DNA from: Acidimicrobiales bacterium
GTDB taxonomy: Bacteria > Actinomycetota > Acidimicrobiia > Acidimicrobiales > Acidimicrobilacustridaceae
Reading direction: 5' to 3'
DNA: 64,000 nt
Assembly: GCA_030830565.1 (NCBI GenBank)
Contig: JAURMR010000042.1
Location: 34,072-98,071 of the forward strand
Under the pieces are notes generated by a model, which was not told where the DNA came from, did not search any database, and saw nothing but the letters and a program-made list of their open reading frames with translations. The position numbers and the translations under genes are program-made. Positions 28,913 to 37,190 of the stretch are shown piece by piece (position 1 is the first letter of the stretch; the number at the start of each line of letters is the position of its first letter).

Positions 28913-29773
28913 CTATTTGTCAGACGTGCGCGCCTTGCTGAGCAAGGCGATGAACACGATGATCGCAATAAGGAGTCCGAGAATGATCCCGATGCGGGTC
29001 GGGCCGACATCGTTGATCCATTGTGTGATGTGCCCGTTTAGGTTGAACATCCATCCGGCAATGCCGCCACCTGAAGTGTTGCCATTCAACACGCGCAGTT
29101 CGTACCAGCCGTAATAGGCCACGTACAAACCAGCGATCACAAGCAGTAGGCCCGAAATGCGATTGATGTAAGGCAGCACGCCTCGCATTTTCTTCACGAT
29201 TCCCTGGCGTGCCAACGCGATTGCCAATGTGAGGACGATCAAAACGAGCCCCATGCCCAGTGCATAGGCAACGAATGCGCCGAGACCTACGAAAAAGTTC
29301 TGTTGGTCGATCACGGTTGAGATCGCGGCAATAAATAACGACAGTGTGCAACTCAACGAAACAAGTGCGTAAGAAACGCCAAAGACGAAGACTGAACCAA
29401 GTTCGCGACTCTCGGGACCTTTTGAAATCTTCGGCAAACTCACCGTGATTTCACGACCTGTGAGCAAGCGAATCCCGAGGATCACGAGCAGGACGCCTAA
29501 CACCATGGTGAGCCACGGCAACTTGTCGTTAATGGAAGAAAGAATCGGATCAAGGACGAGTCCGAGAATTCCAAAGACAACAACGAAGCCAGCAGTCATC
29601 GCCGCGCCAACGGCCAATGCACGAAGCACCGTTGCATCAGCGCGATTGTCGGTGTCACGCGCGTTTTCAAGCCCAAGGAAGTACGACAGATACGCGGGCA
29701 ACATGGCGAAGCCACAGGGATTAAACGTGGCGACCATGCCAACACCAAATGCGTAGACAATCGCCGAGTTCAT
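28913..29773 (-). CDS. ccdA: Cytochrome c biogenesis CcdA / DsbD transmembrane protein
   Basis: FNPCGFAMLPAY, SLSCT, YALGMG. Confidence 0.9.
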   Translation of the reverse strand: MNSAIVYAFGVGMVATFNPCGFAMLPAYLSYFLGLENARDTDNRADATVLRALAVGAAMTAGFVVVFGILGLVLDPILSSINDKLPWLTMVLGVLLVILGIRLLTGREITVSLPKISKGPESRELGSVFVFGVSYALVSLSCTLSLFIAAISTVIDQQNFFVGLGAFVAYALGMGLVLIVLTLAIALARQGIVKKMRGVLPYINRISGLLLVIAGLYVAYYGWYELRVLNGNTSGGGIAGWMFNLNGHITQWINDVGPTRIGIILGLLIAIIVFIALLSKARTSDK

Positions 29774-29774
29774 G

Positions 29775-30389
29775 TCACTTGCCTGTGGCGGTCTTTACGA
29801 GTTCGGCGAACTGCGTTTCGGTGAGCGCGCCTGAATGCGTTGCGAGAATCGTTCCGTTCGCACTTACAAGCACGGTGTAGGGCAGCCCGACGCCACCCAG
29901 CGAACGAAGAATCGTTCCTTTGGTATCGCGACCAAGCGAATAGGTCACGCCCGTGCGATCAGCCATTGCTTGGCCGAGGTCGGGTGGTTCGAGGTAATCG
30001 AGACCAAGAATGTTGATGTTTTCGCGGTTGGCCTGCCACACCTTTTCCAGAGCAGGCATTTCCGTCACGCACGGAACACAGGTCGACGACCACACATTGA
30101 TGAGAAGCGGTTTTCCGTTTGCGGAGAGTTCGTTGGTCGAGCCATCGAACGCCACATAGGAGAGCTTCGGCAACTTGGTGCCGGTGACGTCGTTGGTAGT
30201 GGCGAGCTCAGGTGGCTGTTGTGCGTTCGGATCGAGTTTGGTGACATCCGATGACGACTCCGAGGATCCACCCGAGAACGACATGATCAGCGCAACTGCG
30301 AAACCCACGACAATCACTCCCGCCACAGAGAGCGGGAGATAACGGCGCAGGGCCGAACGGGGTTGGGGAGGAAGCGGTGCGGGTTCCAT
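29775..30389 (-). CDS. Membrane-anchored TlpA/ResA thiol-disulfide oxidoreductase
   Basis: N-terminal TM; NVWSSTCVPCVTEMP; GLPYT. Confidence 0.9.
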   Translation of the reverse strand: MEPAPLPPQPRSALRRYLPLSVAGVIVVGFAVALIMSFSGGSSESSSDVTKLDPNAQQPPELATTNDVTGTKLPKLSYVAFDGSTNELSANGKPLLINVWSSTCVPCVTEMPALEKVWQANRENINILGLDYLEPPDLGQAMADRTGVTYSLGRDTKGTILRSLGGVGLPYTVLVSANGTILATHSGALTETQFAELVKTATGK

Positions 30390-30554
30390 ATGAGATCCGA
30401 CTGCGAGAGGCAGTGCCGACCGTACTTGGACCCCCGCACCACTCCCAATCACCTCACGGCCAAAGGCCGGTTCGGTGACAGGTCCGACTGTCCGAGGCTG
30501 CAGGTGGGATCGGCTCGGTGGCGGCGATCCCACCCGGCTGCGGGCAGGTGGTTG

Positions 30555-30899
30555 CTAGGCGGAGCGCAACCAGGACTGAAGGTGCACCGGCACGGGAATG
30601 TCGGGCAGCTCATCCTCGGCTCGAGCGAGCTTCGGCGGGCGGCCGCGGCGACGCTTGGTGGCGAGGATCTTTCCGTTGATGAACATCTGTCCACCCCAGA
30701 CGCCCCATGGCTCGTGGCGCTCAATGGCCCCTTCGAGACACTCGGTGATCACCGGACAGGTCGAACAGATCGACTTGGCCATGGCGATGTCCTGGAGCTC
30801 TTCAGAGAAGTAGACGCCGGTCAACGTTGCGTTGAGGTCGTTGCATGCGGCGTCGGCCCTGACGGCCGGTGAGATGTCGTCGAGCGTCTCGGCGAGCAT
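30555..30899 (-). CDS. whiB7: WhiB7/WblC-type Fe-S transcription factor
   Basis: Four Cys, EPWGVWGG, C-terminal AT-hook KRRRGRPPK; RBS GAAAGGA. Confidence 0.88.
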   Translation of the reverse strand: MLAETLDDISPAVRADAACNDLNATLTGVYFSEELQDIAMAKSICSTCPVITECLEGAIERHEPWGVWGGQMFINGKILATKRRRGRPPKLARAEDELPDIPVPVHLQSWLRSA

Positions 30900-31001
30900 C
30901 GGTTCATTCCTTTCGTGGGTGCACCGGAGTGCAGATGGAGTCGGGGTTGTTGGACAGAGGTAGAGGGATGGAGGTTGAGGGACAGGGGCGTGGCCGCACA
31001 T

Positions 31002-31033
31002 GAAGAAAGGCCGCCGGGGGAACCCGGCGGCCT
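31002..31033 (-). terminator. Intrinsic terminator (attenuator) in the whiB7 leader
   Basis: Minus strand GAGGCCGCCGGG-TTCC-CCCGGCGGCCTTTCTTC. Confidence 0.85.
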
Positions 31034-31060
31034 CAGTGCATGTACGCAGTCGTTACTGCG

Positions 31061-31225
31061 TCAGCTCAGAGATCGCCGGGACGGGTGCTTATGACCAAAG
31101 GTCGTAAACGCGTTTGTCCCGGTGGCATACCAAGTGGCGGAAATGGTCACGGTGGCGCGCGATGCCACAGGCGCGACGGTGGCCGGAATGGCCGAAGAAC
31201 GCGGAGTGGCGGCGGACGTGAACAT
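31061..31225 (-). CDS. whiB7 leader uORF, 54 aa (MFTSAATPRS...KHPSRRSLS)
   Basis: ATG after GGAG, open to TGA just before the terminator; 3' end carries CCCGGCG complementary to the terminator 5' arm. Confidence 0.65.
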   Translation of the reverse strand: MFTSAATPRSSAIPATVAPVASRATVTISATWYATGTNAFTTFGHKHPSRRSLS

Positions 31226-31327
31226 GGACTCCACCGAACCATGCCGGCGATAGGCCCGTCAACTGAATTACTGGAGAACGGCGTGTTCCCGTTCCTGCCA
31301 AGGGATCGGGGGCTAGCGTCGCTGGTC

Positions 31328-32173
31328 ATGGGAGACGTGGAATCGACGGCGGAGACGGGTTCGACCCGGCGATCCGAGCGCGAAAACGGGGCGAGCCGGG
31401 TGTTGCCGATTCCATCCTCTGGCCGGGTATTTCATCGTTCTCGCAAGGTCCGCTTGGGTGATGTCGATGCCGCCGGCCGGCTTCGGCTCGATGCGGTGGC
31501 CCGCTACCTCCAAGACGTCGCCACCGATGACTCCGATGACCTCGGCAGCCTTGAGGCCCGAGCATGGGTGGTTCGACGCACGCTGATCGAACAGCGCCAG
31601 GCGATGCGCAATAGCGAAGACGTTTCGCTCGCAACGTTCTGTTCGGGAATGGGTAGCCGCTGGGCCGAACGTCGCGTCTCGATGGCCGGAGCCTCGGGCG
31701 GCTCAGTGGAGGCGGTGACGCTTTGGGTGCATCTCGATCCGGTCACCGGTCGGCCCAAGACGTTGCCCGAGGAATTCGTTGCGACCTACACCGAACCGTC
31801 TGGTGGTCGCGAGGTCACTGCCCGTCAAGTGCATGATCCGGTTATTCCAGGCGAAGACGATGTGCACACGATGCCATGGTGGCCTCGAGTCACCGATCTC
31901 GATGTGTTGAATCACGTCAACAACGCGGTGTCGTGGGAAGTCGTCGAACAAACCCTTGAACGTGTGCGCGCTCGCGAACTCATCGCCCTCGATCCCGCAG
32001 GTTCATTGCGCGCTGAAGTGGAATTTCGCGATGCGATCGATCACCAAGTCGTTATCGCTGCGATGCCACTGACGATCGCGTATCGAGTTGCCGATGGCAT
32101 CCTTGACGTTGCGCTGTGGTCGACCGATGGTGAAACGGTGTACATGACCGCGCAAGTGTCATCGTTCAGTTGA
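31328..32173 (+). CDS. Acyl-ACP thioesterase (double hotdog fold)
   Basis: DVDAAGRLRLDAVARYLQDVA, WVVRRT, DLDVLNHVNNA. Confidence 0.88.
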   Translation: MGDVESTAETGSTRRSERENGASRVLPIPSSGRVFHRSRKVRLGDVDAAGRLRLDAVARYLQDVATDDSDDLGSLEARAWVVRRTLIEQRQAMRNSEDVSLATFCSGMGSRWAERRVSMAGASGGSVEAVTLWVHLDPVTGRPKTLPEEFVATYTEPSGGREVTARQVHDPVIPGEDDVHTMPWWPRVTDLDVLNHVNNAVSWEVVEQTLERVRARELIALDPAGSLRAEVEFRDAIDHQVVIAAMPLTIAYRVADGILDVALWSTDGETVYMTAQVSSFS

Positions 32174-32189
32174 CGCGCGCCGTTGCGGA

Positions 32190-33362
32190 TTAGTCAGCTG
32201 CGTCGAGCGCGGCGAGCGCAGCGTCGAGCATCCGAGCTGAACAACCGCTCATCGAAATTGGCGGTGCAAGTTCATTCACGAGGCGATCAGTAATCGCACG
32301 AATAGCTGACGAAGCTTCGCCTTCGGTGAGCACAATCGGTGCGCCGTTATCGCCACCATGTGAAACGGCTGGTTCGAGCGGAATACAACCGAGAAGGGGA
32401 AGTCCTTCGCTTGCCGCGAGTGCAGCACCGCCACCCTCACCGAATACCGCATGTGTATGGCCGTGATCACAGGTGAACGCGCTCATGTTTTCGATCACGC
32501 CAAGAACATGAAGATGACTCTTGCGCGCCATCGTGACTGCGCGAGTAGCGACTCGTTGCGCGCCAACCGCAGGCGTCGTCACAACAACCATTTCGGCTTG
32601 AGGAAGCATGCGCGCAAGACCCATTTGCACATCGCCAGTTCCGGGCGGAAGATCGATGACGATGTAGTCGAGGTCATTCGCCCACGAAACGTCTTCAAGG
32701 AAGTGTTGCACTGCGCGATTCAGAATGAGACCGCGCCACATGAGTGCGTCGGTTTCATCGTCGACAAGTAATCCCATTGACACAACATCGAGACGGCCGG
32801 TACCAACAGGAATCGATCGGGGAATGATCGTGCGTTCTTCGTTCGGGCCAGTGGTCGCTTCGAGACGACCTTCAATGCCGAGCATGCGCGGAATTGAGAA
32901 GCCCCAAATGTCGGCATCGATGACGCCAACGGCAAAACCGCGATCGGCCAGCGCCGCGGCAAGGTTTGCGGTCACCGAGGATTTCCCGACACCACCTTTT
33001 CCGGAGGCAACGGCGAGGACACGGGCGCCAGGCGGAACGCGGTTGGGGCCGGCGGTGGATTGCGCGTGCTTGCGAGCAACGTCCATTGCCGCAGCCTTTT
33101 GTTCGGCATCCATTTCGACCCAATCGATGGAAGCTGAGGTGACGCCAGGGAGGCCTTCGATGCGGGTGAGGATCTCGCGCTTGAGTTGGGCCTTGAGCGG
33201 GCAGCCGGCAGTGGTCAGAGCCACCACCACGACGGCGGCGCCGGCTTCAGAAACGGTTGCCGAACGGGCCATACCCAGTTCCACGATGTCGGCCCCGAGC
33301 TCGGGATCGACCACACCTCGGAGGGAAGCGAGGATCTCGTCGCTGGTGGGAAGGGCAGCCAT
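32190..33362 (-). CDS. mrp: Mrp/NBP35 (ApbC) Fe-S carrier ATPase with N-terminal DUF59 domain
   Basis: DPEL...GCP, SGKGGVGKS, DLPPGTGD, ENMS. Confidence 0.95.
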   Translation of the reverse strand: MAALPTSDEILASLRGVVDPELGADIVELGMARSATVSEAGAAVVVVALTTAGCPLKAQLKREILTRIEGLPGVTSASIDWVEMDAEQKAAAMDVARKHAQSTAGPNRVPPGARVLAVASGKGGVGKSSVTANLAAALADRGFAVGVIDADIWGFSIPRMLGIEGRLEATTGPNEERTIIPRSIPVGTGRLDVVSMGLLVDDETDALMWRGLILNRAVQHFLEDVSWANDLDYIVIDLPPGTGDVQMGLARMLPQAEMVVVTTPAVGAQRVATRAVTMARKSHLHVLGVIENMSAFTCDHGHTHAVFGEGGGAALAASEGLPLLGCIPLEPAVSHGGDNGAPIVLTEGEASSAIRAITDRLVNELAPPISMSGCSARMLDAALAALDAAD

Positions 33363-33470
33363 GGCGGAAATCTACCGGTGGAAAGGGGACTCTCCCCGGC
33401 CAGACGTGGGATCTTGGCGGCGATTCCGCTACCCTTTTGCGGTACACCGCTGAATCACGGAGGACAAACA

Positions 33471-33791
33471 GTGATCACGCTCACCGAAACCGCATCTTCA
33501 AAGGTCGCCGAACTGATCGCCCAAGAGGGCCAGGACGACCTCATGCTTCGAGTTGCAGTGCGCCCCGGCGGCTGCAGTGGGTTCAGCTACGAAATGTTTT
33601 TTGATTCCGAGAAGGATTCCGAAGACGTTGTGAACACCGAGTTCGGCGTTCCCGTCGTGGTTGATCCTTCAAGCGCTCAGCTTCTCACCGGCGCCACCCT
33701 TGATTACAAGGACGGCCTTCAGGGTGCAGGTTTCGCGATCGACAACCCCAACGCCCAGAAGACCTGTGGCTGCGGTAACTCGTTCAGCTGA
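33471..33791 (+). CDS. erpA: A-type Fe-S carrier (HesB/IscA/ErpA)
   Basis: GGCSGF, CGCGNSF; RBS GGAGGA. Confidence 0.9.
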   Translation: MITLTETASSKVAELIAQEGQDDLMLRVAVRPGGCSGFSYEMFFDSEKDSEDVVNTEFGVPVVVDPSSAQLLTGATLDYKDGLQGAGFAIDNPNAQKTCGCGNSFS

Positions 33792-33810
33792 TTCTGCTTT
33801 CACTTTCTGA

Positions 33811-33838
33811 ACGACGACCGCCTTCGGGCGGTCGTCGT
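33811..33838 (+). terminator. Stem-loop with UUCG loop after erpA
   Basis: ACGACGACCGCC-TTCG-GGCGGTCGTCGT; U-tract is not adjacent. Confidence 0.6.
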
Positions 33839-33881
33839 CGCGTAGCGCCCTCTTTTTGATCACCGATTCGATCGTGACGTC

Positions 33882-35525
33882 ATGACTGATTCCGTTTCCA
33901 CCGAACCTGCGCAGATCACTTTCGTCGTTGATGGCGAAGAAGTAAGCGTCCCCGATAACGGTGTGTCGCTACTCGCAGCCCTGCGCGGTCGACTTGGGGT
34001 GCGTGCGCCAAAAGCCGGATGCAATCCGCAGGGCCAATGCGGTTGCTGCACAGTGTTGGTCGACGGCGCGCCGAGAGTTGCGTGCGTAACCCCCGTTCGT
34101 CGTATTGCAGGTCGTGTCATAACAACCGTTGATGGTTTGGCTGAGGAAGATCGGGAACGTTGGTCCGACGCGCTGTTGGCAACTGGTGGAAGTCAGTGCG
34201 GTTTCTGCACACCAGGGATCGTGTGCCGACTCGAAGGACTGCGCTCAAAGAACACTGCAGCCGATGATCTTGATGCCGTTGATCGTGCGTTAGCCGCTCA
34301 TCTGTGCCGATGCACAGGCTGGCAAACGATTCGCGAAGCGTGGTCAATGGTCGTAAGCGGTTCTTCGGCCGTGGAACATCTGCGCAGTGAAGATCGCAAT
34401 TTCGACGATGCCTCTCGTCGGGCAACGATTGAAGGTCGTTCCACACAGAAGGTTTCTGCCGATGTCGTGCTGGGTCGTGGCGGATTCGCCGAAGACACGG
34501 CGCCGGCTGATGCGCTCGTTGCCATTCCCGATGGGGAAGGCGGCTGGGTTGTTGCCAGTTCGTTGCCTGAAGCGCGCGCGTTAGCCGGCAAGGTGCAAGG
34601 GCGCCACGGAACCACCTCGCCCGAACCGCCACTCTCACTGCCTGAAGGCGAGTGGGAGCTCACGCTGCGAACAGGTTGGGTGGAGCCTGCCTATCTTGAA
34701 ACCGATGCGTCGTGGTGTGAGCCGGGTGGGGAACCGTTTACGTCGTTGGCCAATGGTGGTGCCTTTGGCGGCAAATTGCATACCGATGCCGGACGCGTTG
34801 CTCGAGACCTTGCCTATGAACATCGCCAAGCAGTTCGCGTTGTGTTGTCGCGCGAAGACGTTGTGCGCACCGGACCAAAGCGACCACCGATTGCTGCCGG
34901 TCTTCGTGCCGATGGTTCAGGTGTGATTCGTGTTGTTCGAACTGAGGGTATTGCAGAAGCAATCTCGCGCGTCGCCCCGCAATTGGTTGTTGAGGAAGTC
35001 GATGTCGTCGGACCACCGACCTCGGTGGACATTCGTGGTGCCGGTGTGGTCGAAGCGCAACTTCTCCTTGCTGCACTCGCCGCAAAGCAAAACGCGCAAG
35101 CAAACGACGGCACAGCACACGTTGCAACGGTGACAAGCGAGGAAGGCGCGGTTGCAACGGTTGCTATTGGTCCCGATGGTGTCGTGCGCGTTGATCTTCG
35201 ATGTGGCGAGATACTCGACGCGATTGTTCTGCGCTCGTATGCGATCGGCGCCGTGCATATGGCGCTTGGTTGGGTCACGAGCGAAGGGCTTTCCGTTGAT
35301 GAAGACGGAACAATTAGCGATCTCACCATTCGTTCATTCGGTGTGCTGCGTTCTGCCGACATGCCGCATGTTGAAGTGACGCTGCACCAGGAAGACTCCG
35401 AACCGGTCAACGGTTCCGATGCGGTCTTCGCAGCAACCGCGGCAGCGGTGTGGTCAGTGCAGGGTTGGCCGACCGATTGGCCGACGGGCCGGTCCGTGAC
35501 CGATCCCGTTCATGTGACACAGTGA
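33882..35525 (+). CDS. Two-[2Fe-2S] domain fused to a shortened xanthine-oxidase-family molybdopterin-binding domain
   Basis: CNPQGQCGCC, QCGFCTPG, CRCTG; then GGAFGGK and HMALGWVTSE. Confidence 0.85.
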   Translation: MTDSVSTEPAQITFVVDGEEVSVPDNGVSLLAALRGRLGVRAPKAGCNPQGQCGCCTVLVDGAPRVACVTPVRRIAGRVITTVDGLAEEDRERWSDALLATGGSQCGFCTPGIVCRLEGLRSKNTAADDLDAVDRALAAHLCRCTGWQTIREAWSMVVSGSSAVEHLRSEDRNFDDASRRATIEGRSTQKVSADVVLGRGGFAEDTAPADALVAIPDGEGGWVVASSLPEARALAGKVQGRHGTTSPEPPLSLPEGEWELTLRTGWVEPAYLETDASWCEPGGEPFTSLANGGAFGGKLHTDAGRVARDLAYEHRQAVRVVLSREDVVRTGPKRPPIAAGLRADGSGVIRVVRTEGIAEAISRVAPQLVVEEVDVVGPPTSVDIRGAGVVEAQLLLAALAAKQNAQANDGTAHVATVTSEEGAVATVAIGPDGVVRVDLRCGEILDAIVLRSYAIGAVHMALGWVTSEGLSVDEDGTISDLTIRSFGVLRSADMPHVEVTLHQEDSEPVNGSDAVFAATAAAVWSVQGWPTDWPTGRSVTDPVHVTQ

Positions 35526-35529
35526 GTTC

Positions 35530-35886
35530 ATGAGCACACCGATTGGTCCGTACACACCCATCGTTCGCGCCGGAGACTTCCTAGTGATTTCCGGACAACT
35601 CGGATTGGTCAATGGCGAAATGATCGTCGGTGGCGTTACCCACGAAACCACTCAGGCGCTTGCCAACATGTCGGCACTTCTCGAATCTGAAGGTGCATCG
35701 CTGTCAGATGTCGTCAAGACCACGGTCTTCCTTCGTCATATGCGCGACTTCGATCTCATGAACGAGGCCTATATGGCCGCCTTCGGCGATCACCGTCCGG
35801 CTCGTAGCGCCTTCGCTGTGGCCGAACTTCCCCGTGTGGCCCTTGTCGAGATTGAAGCGTGGGCCTGGTCGCCCTCTGCGAAGTAA
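35530..35886 (+). CDS. ridA: RidA/YjgF-family deaminase
   Basis: GPYTP, SGQL, VKTTVFL, PARS, VEIE. Confidence 0.9.
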   Translation: MSTPIGPYTPIVRAGDFLVISGQLGLVNGEMIVGGVTHETTQALANMSALLESEGASLSDVVKTTVFLRHMRDFDLMNEAYMAAFGDHRPARSAFAVAELPRVALVEIEAWAWSPSAK

Positions 35887-35895
35887 GGTTTGCCC

Positions 35896-36063
35896 ATGGC
35901 TGGCGTCGTCATCATCATCCTCGTGCTCGTGATCGCAATCCCTGTTGGGTTTCTCATGACCATGTCGATCGTGGCGGGCGTGTTGGGCTGGAGTGTCGAA
36001 GACGAGGTCGACGTGACCTACGCCGGCACCGAGGACTACGCCCTCGCCTACCCCGAGGCTTGA
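35896..36063 (+). CDS. Small membrane protein, 55 aa (absent from the ORF track)
   Basis: MAGVVIIILVLVIAIPVGFLMTMSIVAGVLGWSVEDEVDV...PEA; GC-rich third positions; TAAGGT 6 nt before ATG. Confidence 0.7.
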   Translation: MAGVVIIILVLVIAIPVGFLMTMSIVAGVLGWSVEDEVDVTYAGTEDYALAYPEA

Positions 36064-36215
36064 ACCTTCCTCGAGCGCTGTTTGCCTCGAGATGAACTTT
36101 TCGCGCCCTTAGAACTTTTCGTCGACACGGAACGGCGGAGAGAAGTAGCGTGCCGATTCGTTAAGAAGGTGCTGGGAAGGTGTTCCGACCCCGCAGGACA
36201 GAAAGGGGTCCCGGA

Positions 36216-36416
36216 ATGGCTGCCGGTACCGTCAAGTGGTTCAACGCTGAAAAGGGCTACGGCTTCATCTCACGTGAAGGAGGCCCAGACGTATTCGTGC
36301 ATTACAGCGCGATCAGCGGCTCGGGTTACCGCTCACTTGAAGAGGGTCAGGCCGTCGAATTCGAGGTCACGAGTGGCCCGAAGGGCGATCAGGCACAGGA
36401 CGTACGTCCTCTCTGA
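36216..36416 (+). CDS. cspA: Cold-shock protein
   Basis: [24 protein letters not shown]. Confidence 0.95.
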   Translation: MAAGTVKWFNAEKGYGFISREGGPDVFVHYSAISGSGYRSLEEGQAVEFEVTSGPKGDQAQDVRPL

Positions 36417-36433
36417 GACCACACCCAATTCGT

Positions 36434-36469
36434 AAACACGCCGCCCCTCGGGGCGGCGTGTTTCGTTTT
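36434..36469 (+). terminator. Intrinsic terminator after csp, probably bidirectional
   Basis: AAACACGCCGCCCC-TC-GGGGCGGCGTGTTT followed by CGTTTT. Confidence 0.88.
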
Positions 36470-36504
36470 GCTGCAGATTTTCCGCTCGTCTTGCGCGTTG
36501 GGTG

Positions 36505-37185
36505 TCAGGAGCCCCAGCGCGATTGACCAAAGCGATAGCCAACACTGCGCACCGTCTGAATGAGGTTGGCATGGTGTTCGCCGAGCTTGGCGCGCAAACG
36601 TCGGATGTGGACATCGACGGTGCGAGCACCGCCGTAGTACTCGTAGCCCCAAACACGACTGAGCAAGGTTTCGCGCGTGAAGACTTTGCCGGGGTTTGAG
36701 GAAAGGAACTTGAGCAGTTCGTATTCCATGAACGTGAGGTCGAGCGGTGCGCCACCGATAGCGGCCTGATAAGTCTCAAGGTTAAGTACGAGTTCGCCGT
36801 ATTCAACCAACTCGGGGCGAATGCCAGCTCCAGTGTTCCAATACAGATGCTTGAGGCGCGCTTCGAGTTCACGGGGATGGAACGGGGCGAGACAGAAGTC
36901 GTCGTACAAGTCATCGCGGAGTTCGAGATCGCCCAACTGCGTTCCGTTCACCAGAAGCAACAGCGGTTCAAGCGGAACATCACGCTTGCGCAGCGCGCGA
37001 CACAGGGCGAATGCACGCTCGGGGTCAAGGTACGCACAGATGATCGCGCCACCCCAACCGTTCTCAGATTCGATACGCGAAGCAGCAAGTTCATCGCTTG
37101 CCGCTTTCCACGGATATCCCGACAAGTCGAGTGCTTGTGCGAGTTCCGGTGGCGGCGGATCGGGGAAGATCAGAATCGGTTCCAT
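36505..37185 (-). CDS. glnR: GlnR-like OmpR-family nitrogen regulator with atypical receiver
   Basis: wHTH LTFMEYELLKFL...VWGYEYYGGARTVDVHIRRLRAKLG closely resembles GlnR; adjacent to glnA genes. Confidence 0.8.
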   Translation of the reverse strand: MEPILIFPDPPPPELAQALDLSGYPWKAASDELAASRIESENGWGGAIICAYLDPERAFALCRALRKRDVPLEPLLLLVNGTQLGDLELRDDLYDDFCLAPFHPRELEARLKHLYWNTGAGIRPELVEYGELVLNLETYQAAIGGAPLDLTFMEYELLKFLSSNPGKVFTRETLLSRVWGYEYYGGARTVDVHIRRLRAKLGEHHANLIQTVRSVGYRFGQSRWGS

Positions 37186-37190
37186 CGTCG

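Noticed and set aside
31089-31301. 70-aa His/Arg-rich ORF as the whiB7 leader peptide
   Set aside because: TTG start without RBS; the 31225-31061 frame has GGAG plus ATG and covers the antiterminator sequence
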